DNA of 57,669 bases from Eubacteriales bacterium (GTDB taxonomy: Bacteria > Bacillota > Clostridia > Oscillospirales > CAG-272), in NCBI GenBank assembly GCA_018383975.1, contig JAHAZT010000003.1, positions 1-57,669 on the forward strand. Direction: 5' to 3'. A program made the translations under genes and the position numbers. Shown in pieces: positions 25,424 to 33,998 of the stretch. Each line of letters begins with the position of its first letter. Position 1 is the first letter of the stretch. Below the pieces are notes generated by a model that was not told the DNA's origin, made no database searches, and was given only the letters and a program-made list of their open reading frames with translations.

Positions 25424-27076
25424 ATGGAACACATACTCAAAAAATCCGCGCATCCGATAGGCGTTGAGGGACCCGTTCTCACAATCGTTATGGACGGCGT
25501 CGGCATCGGCAACGGCAAGGAGGGCGACGCCGTTGCAAACGCATATACCCCCACCCTCGACATGCTTATGAAAAAATACCCTATGAGAAAGCTCGCCGCC
25601 CACGGAACGGCTGTCGGACTTCCCTCCGACGACGATATGGGCAATTCCGAGGTCGGCCACAACGCGCTCGGCTCGGGACAGGTTTTTTCGCAGGGTGCAA
25701 AGCTCGTTTCGGAGTCCATCTCGTCCGGCAAAATGTTTGCGGGACAGACTTGGAAGGACCTTGTCGCAGGTTGCAGGGACAGCGGCACACTCCATTTCAT
25801 CGGTCTCTTTTCGGACGGCAACGTCCATTCCCATATCGACCACCTCAAAGCGATGGTTGCTCACGCAAAGACTGACGGCGTAAAGCGCGTCCGTATTCAT
25901 ATTCTCCTCGACGGAAGAGACGTCGGCGAGACGTCCGCTCTCGATTACGTCCTCCCCTTTGAGGAATTTCTTGCTTCGCTGAACGACAGCACCTTCGACG
26001 CAAAAATCGCCTCCGGCGGCGGCAGAATGAAGATAACTATGGACCGTTACGAAGCCAACTGGAAAATGGTTGAGGACGGCTGGCATACGCACGTTCTCGG
26101 CGAGGGACGACAGTTCCCCTCGGCGGAAGAGGCAATCGTCACGTACAGAAAAGAGACGGGCGCGATAGATCAGGATCTGCCCGCATTCGTCATTGCCGAA
26201 AACGGAAAGCCCGTCGGCACGATTGAAGACGGCGACAGCGTCATATTCTTCAATTTCAGAGGCGACAGAGCCATTGAGATTTCAAGAGCCTTCGACGGCG
26301 GCGCGGAATTTGACAAGTTTGACCGCGTCAGAGTTCCGAAGGTCATTTACGCCGGCATGCTCGAATACGACGGCGACCTCCACATTCCGCACAGATATCT
26401 TGTCAACCCGCCGGAGATAAAGAACACAATGGGTCAGTTCCTTGCCGAGACGGGAGTTACGCAGTTTGCAATCTCCGAAACGCAGAAATACGGTCACGTT
26501 ACGTATTTCTGGAACGGCAACAGAAGCGGAAAGTTCGATGAAAAAACCGAAACCTATGAAGAAATCCCCTCGGACGTAATTCCCTTTGAGCAGCGCCCGT
26601 GGATGCAGTGCGCACTGATTGCCGACGCGGTTATTGCCGCAATCGAAAGCGGAAAATACAGATATATCCGCTGCAACTTCCCGAACGGGGATATGGTCGG
26701 TCACACGGGAAATTACGAGGCGACAATCGTTGCGGTGGAGGCGCTTGACCTTCAGCTCGCAAGAATAATTGCCGCTGTCGACAAGGCAAAGGGCGTTGCG
26801 ATAATCACCGCCGACCACGGCAACGCGGACGAAATGTACGAATATGACAAGAAGAAGGGCTGTGTCAAAACCAATCCGGACGGCACCCCCAAGGCAAAAA
26901 CGAGTCACACTCTCAACCCCGTTCCCTGCATCATATACGACAATTTCTATTCGGATAAATACACCGTAAAGCCGCAGGCGAAATTCGGACTTGCGAACGT
27001 CGCGGCGACGACCGTCAACCTCCTCGGCTATGACGCTCCCGAAATGTGGAACGAAAGCCTTATAGAAGCGAAATGA
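25424..27076 (+). CDS. gpmI: 2,3-bisphosphoglycerate-independent phosphoglycerate mutase (long, about 550-aa type)
   Basis: 550 aa. Catalytic-Ser motif DDMGNSEVGHNALG and C-terminal metal ligands ITADHGNAD. Confidence 0.85.
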   Translation: MEHILKKSAHPIGVEGPVLTIVMDGVGIGNGKEGDAVANAYTPTLDMLMKKYPMRKLAAHGTAVGLPSDDDMGNSEVGHNALGSGQVFSQGAKLVSESISSGKMFAGQTWKDLVAGCRDSGTLHFIGLFSDGNVHSHIDHLKAMVAHAKTDGVKRVRIHILLDGRDVGETSALDYVLPFEEFLASLNDSTFDAKIASGGGRMKITMDRYEANWKMVEDGWHTHVLGEGRQFPSAEEAIVTYRKETGAIDQDLPAFVIAENGKPVGTIEDGDSVIFFNFRGDRAIEISRAFDGGAEFDKFDRVRVPKVIYAGMLEYDGDLHIPHRYLVNPPEIKNTMGQFLAETGVTQFAISETQKYGHVTYFWNGNRSGKFDEKTETYEEIPSDVIPFEQRPWMQCALIADAVIAAIESGKYRYIRCNFPNGDMVGHTGNYEATIVAVEALDLQLARIIAAVDKAKGVAIITADHGNADEMYEYDKKKGCVKTNPDGTPKAKTSHTLNPVPCIIYDNFYSDKYTVKPQAKFGLANVAATTVNLLGYDAPEMWNESLIEAK

Positions 27077-27507
27077 CGAAAAAAGAAATAAAAATAAGAA
27101 TAACGTCTGTTCAGCGTTCCGGCTCCGACGGTGAAGACGAAAACACCGTTGAAATCGTGACCGACGCCACGCTTTCGGACGAGGGCGGAAGGCTGTCCGT
27201 TTCATACAGCGAGTTTCTCTCCGACAGAGCCGCTCCCACCGCAACGACGCTCGTTTTTGACAAGGAATCTCCGGATACGGTGTTCCTCTCCCGCGAAGGA
27301 GAAATCACGATGAGCTGCGTCATAGCGGAAAAGACGAGGTATCGCTTTGCATACAATCTCGGCTTTGCGTCGATTGAGCTTGTCTGCGTCGGGCACGAGG
27401 TGAGAAACAACGTTTCTTCGTTCGGCGGAGAAATGTTCCTCCGCTATGACATCGAAGCGCACGGCGTCACGGTTCAGAGCTGCGAAATGACGATAACGAT
27501 TATATGA
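27073..27507 (+). CDS. DUF1934 (YwiB-like beta-barrel) protein
   Basis: 144 aa from the ATG at 27073 (ATGA overlap with the gpmI stop). The pattern IKIRITSVQ...EIVTDATLSDEGGRLSVSYSE is typical of DUF1934. Confidence 0.5.
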   Translation: MTKKEIKIRITSVQRSGSDGEDENTVEIVTDATLSDEGGRLSVSYSEFLSDRAAPTATTLVFDKESPDTVFLSREGEITMSCVIAEKTRYRFAYNLGFASIELVCVGHEVRNNVSSFGGEMFLRYDIEAHGVTVQSCEMTITII

Positions 27508-27514
27508 ACAGGTC

Positions 27515-27549
27515 GGCGCGCCCCCGTTTTCCGCGAGGGCGCGTTTTTA
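27515..27549 (+). terminator. Intrinsic terminator
   Basis: Stem cgcgccc / gggcgcg followed by a T-run at 27544-27548. Confidence 0.7.
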
Positions 27550-27583
27550 TATGTAATATATAATAAAATTACGCTTTTTCCTA

Positions 27584-27612
27584 TTGACAAACCGTTTTTT
27601 ATGTGATAAAAT
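27584..27612 (+). promoter_or_regulatory. Sigma-A promoter upstream of the rpmG-secE-nusG leader
   Basis: TTGACA (27584-27589), 17 nt, TAAAAT (27607-27612). Confidence 0.65.
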
Positions 27613-27618
27613 GGTTTC

Positions 27619-27790
27619 ACCTCTGCGGAAATGTTCGCGGTTCTTGTTTCGCGTCATCGCCGCATACAGAGGGAGGTACGGAAACAGTGCCGCTACGATA
27701 TAAAAATCATAAGATTTCCCCGAAAGCGATTGCGCCTCAATCGCTTTGGTTTTCGTGCGCTTCTGTTTTCACAAAACAGAGGCTTTTTTA
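27619..27790 (+). ncRNA. Unassigned structured RNA of about 170 nt: a 5' leader or sRNA ending in two tandem terminator-like hairpins
   Basis: cctctgcgg pairs with ccgcatacagagg. There is a gtacgg/ccgctac hairpin. A 12-bp hairpin at 27720-27749 is followed by TTTT. A 10-bp hairpin at 27760-27782 is followed by TTTTTT. No SD-preceded ORF. Confidence 0.35.
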
Positions 27791-27821
27791 ATAGCTTCAA
27801 GTATAATCAGGAGGTGCCGAT

Positions 27822-27971
27822 ATGCGCGTAAGAATTACTCTCGCCTGCACGGAATGCAAGCAAAGAAATTATGACACAATGAAAAACAAGAAAAATGATC
27901 CGGACAGACTTGAAATGAACAAGTATTGCAAGTTCTGCCGTAAACACACGCTTCACAGAGAAACAAAGTAA
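27822..27971 (+). CDS. rpmG: 50S ribosomal protein L33 (zinc-ribbon form)
   Basis: Found by eye: AGGAGG 7 nt upstream of the start. It encodes [49 protein letters not shown] (49 aa), with CxxC at residues 9-12 and 36-39. Confidence 0.9.
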   Translation: MRVRITLACTECKQRNYDTMKNKKNDPDRLEMNKYCKFCRKHTLHRETK

Positions 27972-27982
27972 GGAGTACCGAA

Positions 27983-28543
27983 ATGACAAGCAAAATCAAT
28001 TACAAAAAGATTTGGGCAATACTCGTCGCGCTCGTCATGATGGTTTCCGTTTTCAGTCTTTGCGTTTTCGCAGAGGATGAAGGAACAACTTCCGAGCCCG
28101 CCGTCACGACCGAGGCAGCCGTCACGACAACAGCCGGCGAAGGCGCCACGACGACAACCGGCGAAGGAAGCACCACCACAACGACAGGCGGGACAACGAC
28201 TGATGGTCACGATCACTCCGATGATAAAAACAAGTCATGGGCTGCACAGCATCTCAGCTTTCTCATCGCAATCGGCATAATCGTTCTCCTCGTCGTCGTT
28301 TATTTTGCCCTTCGTCTTTTCGTTCCTTCCTTCAGAGAGAAAACCTCGAAATTCTGGAAGGATTACAACGCAGAGTTCAAAAAACTCGTATGGCCCACAA
28401 AGCAGCAGCTCGTTAAAAATTCGGCTGTCGTTCTCGTAACGATGATCGCTTTCGCCGCAGCCTTTATGCTTCTTGACTTCGGTCTCGGCAAAGGCATGGA
28501 CGCGCTCAAGAACCTTGCAAACCTTATAAAACCCGTCGGTTGA
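27983..28543 (+). CDS. secE: Preprotein translocase subunit SecE, long three-TM form with a Thr-rich loop
   Basis: The C-terminal 65 aa (KFWKDYNAEFKKLVWPTKQQLVKNSAVVLVTMIAFAAAFMLLD) are canonical SecE. AAGGAG lies 7 nt upstream of the ATG at 27983, which supports the long form. Two extra TM helices and a T/G-rich segment precede the SecE core. Confidence 0.75.
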   Translation: MTSKINYKKIWAILVALVMMVSVFSLCVFAEDEGTTSEPAVTTEAAVTTTAGEGATTTTGEGSTTTTTGGTTTDGHDHSDDKNKSWAAQHLSFLIAIGIIVLLVVVYFALRLFVPSFREKTSKFWKDYNAEFKKLVWPTKQQLVKNSAVVLVTMIAFAAAFMLLDFGLGKGMDALKNLANLIKPVG

Positions 28544-28564
28544 TTGTAAGTAAGGAGTCTTAAA

Positions 28565-29098
28565 ATGCTGGATGAACATTCCACAGTGCTGAAATGGTAT
28601 ATTCTTCATACCTATTCGGGCTATGAAAACAAGGTCAAAACCACTCTCGAAAAGCTCATCGAAAATCGCGGAATACAGGATATGATAAGCGACGTCAGAG
28701 TTCCGACGTCAACGGTTGAAACAACAACCGCTTCCGGCGAAGCGAAAACGAAAGAAGAAAAACTCTTCCCCAGCTACGTTCTTGTAAAAATGATGATGAC
28801 GGACGAAACATGGCACATCGTAAGAAACATTACGGGAGCCACGGGCTTCGTCGGACCCGGATCGCGTCCGGTTCCGCTTTCAGACGCAGAAGTTGAGGCA
28901 CTCGGCGTCGAAACAAAAACCGTCAGAACGAGCTTTGCCGTCGGCGACAGCGTCAAAATCAAGAGCGGTCCCATGGCAAACTTCGAGGGCACAATTTCCG
29001 CTGTATCCGCGGATTGCAAAACCGTCACGGTGCTCGCTTCCGTTTTCGGACGCGAAACCCCTGTCGAGCTCGATGCCCAGAGCATTGAAAAAATCTGA
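28565..29098 (+). CDS. nusG: Transcription termination/antitermination factor NusG
   Basis: 177 aa. NGN domain (KWYILHTYSGYENKV) and KOW motif (GDSVKIKSGPMANFEGTI). Confidence 0.9.
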   Translation: MLDEHSTVLKWYILHTYSGYENKVKTTLEKLIENRGIQDMISDVRVPTSTVETTTASGEAKTKEEKLFPSYVLVKMMMTDETWHIVRNITGATGFVGPGSRPVPLSDAEVEALGVETKTVRTSFAVGDSVKIKSGPMANFEGTISAVSADCKTVTVLASVFGRETPVELDAQSIEKI

Positions 29099-29121
29099 AA
29101 ATAATCTATGTTTTTCAGCTT

Positions 29122-29199
29122 TGACGTTGCCACGTCAGAGCCAAGGTGGGAGGGAGAAAAATTTTTGTATTCTCCCGATTGAAACCACATTCGGAGGTG
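29122..29199 (+). promoter_or_regulatory. Structured rplK leader (possible L1-binding autoregulatory element)
   Basis: Hairpin tgacgt/acgtca (29122-29137). A two-tier stem gtgg..gggagaa / ttctccc..ccac (29146-29188) ends just before the SD GGAGGTG. Confidence 0.3.
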
Positions 29200-29209
29200 T
29201 AAAAGAATT

Positions 29210-29635
29210 ATGGCAAAGAAGATTATGGCATTTGTAAAGTTGCAGTTGCCCGCAGGCAAAGCAACGCCCCAGCCGCCTGTCGGACCGGCTCTCGGTCAGC
29301 ACGGCGTCAACATCGCTGCGTTCACAAAGGATTTCAACGAACGCACAAAGAACGATATGGGACTTATCATTCCCGTTGTTATCACAATCTATGCGGACAG
29401 ATCCTTCTCCTTCATCACGAAGACTCCGCCCGCAGCGGTTCTTATAAAGAAGGCTTGCGGAATCGAAACGGCTTCCGCCCGCCCCAACAAGGACAAGGTT
29501 GCAAAGATAACAAAAGAACAGGTTAAGAAGATTGCGGAAACAAAGATGCCCGACCTTACGGCAGCGTCTCTTGAAGCCGCAATGAGCATGATAGCCGGCA
29601 CAGCGCGCTCCATGGGCGTTGTTGTCGAGGACTGA
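29210..29635 (+). CDS. rplK: 50S ribosomal protein L11
   Basis: 141 aa. [26 protein letters not shown]. Confidence 0.95.
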   Translation: MAKKIMAFVKLQLPAGKATPQPPVGPALGQHGVNIAAFTKDFNERTKNDMGLIIPVVITIYADRSFSFITKTPPAAVLIKKACGIETASARPNKDKVAKITKEQVKKIAETKMPDLTAASLEAAMSMIAGTARSMGVVVED

Positions 29636-29654
29636 GAAAGGAGAGTGACCTGAA

Positions 29655-30350
29655 ATGTTTAAGGGTAAGAAATATCAGGACAGCGCAAAGCTGATCGACA
29701 AAACAAAACTCTATGATTCAAATGAAGCCGTTGCTCTCGTTGTTCAGACTTCAAAGGCTAAATTCGATGAAACAATCGAGCTTCACATCCGTCTCGGCGT
29801 CGACAGCCGTCACGCAGACCAGCAGGTCCGCGGTGCTATCGTACTTCCGCACGGAACAGGTAAAACGGTCCGCACGCTCGTTTTCTGCAAGGAAGACAAG
29901 TATGAGGCTGCAAAAGCCGCAGGCGCAGACTATGTCGGCGGTATGGACTATGTCGAAAAGATAACAAAGGAAAACTGGTTTGAATTCGACGTTGTTATCG
30001 CAACTCCCGATATGATGGGCGTTATCGGCCGTCTCGGTAAGGTTCTCGGTCCTAAGGGACTTATGCCGAACCCCAAGGCAGGCACGGTTACACCGGACGT
30101 TGCCAAGGCTGTTACAGAGGCTAAGGCAGGTAAAATCGAATACCGTCTCGATAAGACAAACATCATTCACTGCCCCATCGGCAAGGCTTCCTTCGGTGCG
30201 GAAAAGATTCTTGACAACTTCAACGCCCTCGTCGGCGCTGTTATCAAGGCTAAGCCCGCTTCCGCAAAGGGTCAGTATATCAAGAGCTGCGTCGTAGCGT
30301 CCACAATGGGACCCGGCGTGAAGATAAACTCCGCCAAGCTCGGCGTCTGA
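29655..30350 (+). CDS. rplA: 50S ribosomal protein L1
   Basis: 231 aa. [23 protein letters not shown] and [15 protein letters not shown]. Confidence 0.95.
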   Translation: MFKGKKYQDSAKLIDKTKLYDSNEAVALVVQTSKAKFDETIELHIRLGVDSRHADQQVRGAIVLPHGTGKTVRTLVFCKEDKYEAAKAAGADYVGGMDYVEKITKENWFEFDVVIATPDMMGVIGRLGKVLGPKGLMPNPKAGTVTPDVAKAVTEAKAGKIEYRLDKTNIIHCPIGKASFGAEKILDNFNALVGAVIKAKPASAKGQYIKSCVVASTMGPGVKINSAKLGV

Positions 30351-30366
30351 TTGACCTGATATCGTC

Positions 30367-30406
30367 AAAACAAAAACCTCACGGCAATTGCCGTGAGGTT
30401 TTTTTC
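30367..30406. terminator. Bidirectional intrinsic terminator (rplA / potABCD-liaF-like unit)
   Basis: 12-bp stem aacctcacggca / tgccgtgaggtt, with an A-rich 5' flank and a T-run 3' flank. Confidence 0.85.
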
Positions 30407-30416
30407 GTCCGTTTTT

Positions 30417-31091
30417 TTATTTGATTATTGAAACCTGACCGAAGATTGCCGAAGCGGTGATTTTAATCGGGATTTCGCCGCCGCGGGCAGGCGATACAAC
30501 CTTTCCGAGGAAGGCGTTTCCGTCAACCTCCGCGTCGGCATTTTCGGGAAGCAGGACCTTCAGCTCGCCGAAGCTCGCTTTTACGGAAAGATGAGCGTTT
30601 TCGGCGATTTTCGCCATGCGCAGATCTATCGTGAGAGAGCCGAAGGCGACGGAATAATCGCCGGTTTCAAAGCAGTTACTGCCGAAGCCGACCGTTTCCT
30701 CACAGAATGAAACGGAAACGTTGCCGTTGGCGGATATCGTGCGCACGGCTGCTCCGCTCTTCCTTTTCGTGCCGAACGCCGTGCGGATTATAATGCTCAG
30801 TCCCGCAACGATAATGAGAAGCGCAAGAGCGATAAGCCACGGGCTTGTATCCTTTGCTATGAATATGCCCTGTTCCTTGAAAAGCATAACGCCGCCGAAG
30901 AGCAGAAAATAAACATTTACAATGTTGGGCTTGTCGGTGCAGATTGAAAACAGTGCCAGAAGCATCACAAGCGCAGCCCACCAGCCGTCAAAGAAAATGC
31001 TGACGTCCCATAGCTTTGCGGCGTTTCCGAAAAGGATAACGCCGAGCGCGAGAATGAGAATTCCCCAAATTATACGAGAAGCCTTTTTCAT
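30417..31091 (-). CDS. LiaF-like (DUF2154) membrane protein
   Basis: 224 aa. Four N-terminal TM helices are followed by a beta-rich C-terminal domain (SLTIDLRMAKI..LSVKASFGELKVLLP). It starts 14 nt after the potD stop with its own SD. Confidence 0.4.
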   Translation of the reverse strand: MKKASRIIWGILILALGVILFGNAAKLWDVSIFFDGWWAALVMLLALFSICTDKPNIVNVYFLLFGGVMLFKEQGIFIAKDTSPWLIALALLIIVAGLSIIIRTAFGTKRKSGAAVRTISANGNVSVSFCEETVGFGSNCFETGDYSVAFGSLTIDLRMAKIAENAHLSVKASFGELKVLLPENADAEVDGNAFLGKVVSPARGGEIPIKITASAIFGQVSIIK

Positions 31092-31105
31092 TTTGATATC
31101 TCCTT

Positions 31106-32359
31106 TCAGCCTGCGGAATATTTATCGAAATAATATTTTCTTCTGCGCTTTATCGCAAAGCGGATAACGAATATCGCAACGAGCGACGCAACTATCACAA
31201 TGCAGATAATATATATCGCCGCGCCGATATTGCTTTCTATCTTCAGCTCCTCCCAATAGGAATTCATAAGCAACCTTGTATCGTCGGGGAGGTCATGGAA
31301 GAACTCCATATTCGACATATCGAAATCATAAAGGATTGATATTGCATCGGGATGGACTTCCTCTGTCATATAAGCGATATAGTCTTCACTGTCTTTTACA
31401 AGGGTGTTGGGCCAGGCATAGCAGACATATTCCGCATTTGCAACGGCGATTTCCTCCGTCAGCATGAAGTTTATATATTCCTTTGCAAGATCAAAATTCT
31501 TTGTGCTTGAGGGAATACACATAACGTCAACAAATACGTTTGTCCCTTCTTCGGGATGATAGAAGGCGAGATCCTCGTTGTCGCCATACATTGTGAAAAA
31601 GTCGCCGGCGTAATAAGGCGCAATCGCTGCGCTTCCGCCCTTCATTTTGTTGAAAACCTCGTCCATAACGTAGCCCTGAACGATATTTTTCTGCTTCACG
31701 AGAAGGTCGAGCGCGGCGCGCCAGTCGTCCGGATTTTCGGAGTTTATGTTTGTTTTATTATAAAACTGTGCCGTTGCGAAGGCGTCGCGGGGGTTGTTGA
31801 ACTGAAGTATGTTGCCCTTGTAGTCCTCGTCCCACATAAGCGCCCAGCTGCCGATATTTTCGTCATCTTCGGGGACGTACTTCGTGTTATATATCACGCC
31901 GACGGTGCCGAAGGTGTAAGGAACGGAAAACTTTTCATCGGGGTCATAATAAAGCCCCTTGAAGCGATTGTCGATATATTTATAATTTTCTATGCTTTCC
32001 TTGGGATCAAAGTCCATTATGAGATCTTCTGCCGCAAGTCTTGCCGCCATATAGTCTGAGGGAATTATGACGTCATAGCTGACGGCGCCGCTTGAGAGCT
32101 TTGCATAGAGGTCTTCGTTTGAAGAATACGTCGAATAGTTGACTTTTACGTTTTTGCCGAGAACATTGCGGCAGTATTCCTCAAATGCGCGGTTTACGTC
32201 AAGAGAGCCGTCCGTGCCGTCGGAAATGTATTCGCCCCAGTTGTAGACGTAGAGCGTTGTCGCATCTCCCGTCGACTGCTCCTTTTCGCACGATGTCATC
32301 ATAAGCGGCGCTGCAAGGAGCAATATTGCAAAAACAGCGGAAATAATTTTTTTCATCAT
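31106..32359 (-). CDS. potD: Spermidine/putrescine ABC transporter substrate-binding lipoprotein with an extra C-terminal TM helix
   Basis: 417 aa. Lipobox LMMTSC, a PotD-like body (YVYNWGEYI, IPSDYM), and a C-terminal IGAAIYIICIVIVASLVAIFVIRFAIKRRRK. Confidence 0.75.
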   Translation of the reverse strand: MMKKIISAVFAILLLAAPLMMTSCEKEQSTGDATTLYVYNWGEYISDGTDGSLDVNRAFEEYCRNVLGKNVKVNYSTYSSNEDLYAKLSSGAVSYDVIIPSDYMAARLAAEDLIMDFDPKESIENYKYIDNRFKGLYYDPDEKFSVPYTFGTVGVIYNTKYVPEDDENIGSWALMWDEDYKGNILQFNNPRDAFATAQFYNKTNINSENPDDWRAALDLLVKQKNIVQGYVMDEVFNKMKGGSAAIAPYYAGDFFTMYGDNEDLAFYHPEEGTNVFVDVMCIPSSTKNFDLAKEYINFMLTEEIAVANAEYVCYAWPNTLVKDSEDYIAYMTEEVHPDAISILYDFDMSNMEFFHDLPDDTRLLMNSYWEELKIESNIGAAIYIICIVIVASLVAIFVIRFAIKRRRKYYFDKYSAG

Positions 32360-33171
32360 TTTATCCCTCCTGCCGTTTTCGGCTTTTTCTTTCCGACAGA
32401 GCCCGCAAAGTTGACAAGGAACAGCAGAATGAGAATTGCAAATACCATAAGCGAGCAGAGCGCGTACATACTGTATTTGACCTCGTGCGCCGTCTGATTA
32501 TAGATATAGAGCGGGAGCGTCTGGAAATCGGGTGAGGAGACGAAATGGCTGATTACGAAGTCGTCAAGCGAGAGCGTAAAGCCGAGCATCAGCCCCGATA
32601 TTATTCCGGGAAGCACCATCGGAAGTTCTATTCTGAAAAACGTGCTCGTCGGCGTACAGCCGAGGTCAAGCGCGGCGTCGCATATCGAGCGGTCCATCTG
32701 CTTGAAACGGGGCAGTATTGAAAGAATGACGTACGGCAGAGAAAACGTCGTATGTGCGATGAGCATTGTCGCTCTGCCGAATTTTATCGGTATGAACGGA
32801 ACGGACATTGCCGCAACGAAGAGCAGCATCATCGAAACGCCCGTTACTATATCGGGGTTCATCATGGGCACGTTTGTCACGGACATAACCGCCGTTTTGA
32901 GATGACGGTTTTTCATTCTGCTTATACCGAAAGCGGCAAACGTTCCTATCAGCGTTGCGATAAGCGACGAGACAACGGCAAGATAAAGCGAATTTTTGAG
33001 CGCCGTGAGCGCCTTTGCGTCGCTGAAAAGCTCCTTGTACCAATGGAGCGAGAAGCTGTCAAAATGGTTGAGAGAGCCCGCGCTGTTGAACGAGAAGATA
33101 ATAACGACGAGAATCGGCGCATAGAGCAGGAGAAATATAAGGGGTATATATATTCTTGACAGGGTTTTCAT
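32356..33171 (-). CDS. potC: Spermidine/putrescine ABC transporter permease
   Basis: 271 aa with 6 TM helices and the EAA-type loop DAALDLGCTPTSTFFRIELP. Confidence 0.8.
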   Translation of the reverse strand: MKTLSRIYIPLIFLLLYAPILVVIIFSFNSAGSLNHFDSFSLHWYKELFSDAKALTALKNSLYLAVVSSLIATLIGTFAAFGISRMKNRHLKTAVMSVTNVPMMNPDIVTGVSMMLLFVAAMSVPFIPIKFGRATMLIAHTTFSLPYVILSILPRFKQMDRSICDAALDLGCTPTSTFFRIELPMVLPGIISGLMLGFTLSLDDFVISHFVSSPDFQTLPLYIYNQTAHEVKYSMYALCSLMVFAILILLFLVNFAGSVGKKKPKTAGGIK

Positions 33172-33998
33172 ACTATAATACCTCCTTCGCCTTCATTTTC
33201 GTCCGTAAAGCGGTTCATCACGGCAACGGATATCAGAATGAGTATCATCATTACGAGCGAAACCGCCGCGCCGATATTATACGTGCTTTTGTTCTGGAAA
33301 TGACGCTCTATTGTGTCGCCGATGAGGTCAAAGCTGCCGCCGCCGAGCTTCTGGGAGATATAAAACGTGCTTATAGACGGAACGAAAACCATTGTTATTC
33401 CCGAAACGACGCCGGGCATCGACAGCGGAAACGCCACTTTGAAGAGCGTCTTTGTGCCGCTGCAACCGAGGTCTGCCGCCGCCTCAAAATATCTCTTATC
33501 GAGTTTTGAAAGCGTTGTGTATATCGGAAGAACCATATAAGGAAGAAAGTCATATACCATGCCGAGGATAACCGCGCCCGACGTGCCGACTATCTTCACC
33601 TTCGCAAGCCCTATCTGTTCGAGCATGGAATTGAGAAGTCCGCCGTTATCGAGAATTGCCATAAGCGAATACGTTCTTATGAGAAGGCTTATCCACATAG
33701 GCAGCATAAGCAATACGACAAGCACCTTCTGCGTTTTCGGCTTGAGTTGCGATATGAAAAACGCAAGCGGATAGCCGATAAGTATGCATATCGCCGTTGC
33801 TATCAGCGCAAAGCAAACGGAAAGCAGAAAAATATGCGCATAGCTTGAAAGCATTGTGATATTATCAAACGTGAATTTTCCGTAGGTGTCCGTGAACGCA
33901 AAGTATGCGACGAATATCAGCGGCGCGACAACGAAAAGAAGTATCCATACTATATGCGGCACGGCGGAGAATTTTTCAAGAAACGATGCTTTTCTCAT
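33168..33998 (-). CDS. potB: Spermidine/putrescine ABC transporter permease
   Basis: 276 aa with the EAA loop [20 protein letters not shown]. Confidence 0.8.
   Translation of the reverse strand: MRKASFLEKFSAVPHIVWILLFVVAPLIFVAYFAFTDTYGKFTFDNITMLSSYAHIFLLSVCFALIATAICILIGYPLAFFISQLKPKTQKVLVVLLMLPMWISLLIRTYSLMAILDNGGLLNSMLEQIGLAKVKIVGTSGAVILGMVYDFLPYMVLPIYTTLSKLDKRYFEAAADLGCSGTKTLFKVAFPLSMPGVVSGITMVFVPSISTFYISQKLGGGSFDLIGDTIERHFQNKSTYNIGAAVSLVMMILILISVAVMNRFTDENEGEGGIIV

Noticed and set aside
27619-27790. Is the RNA upstream of rpmG a 6S RNA (similar length, with 5' cctctg complementary to 3' cagagg)?
   Set aside because: The 3' cagagg is more simply part of the terminator hairpin. I could not build the long closing stem, central bubble and terminal stem typical of 6S RNA. 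It is left as unassigned.
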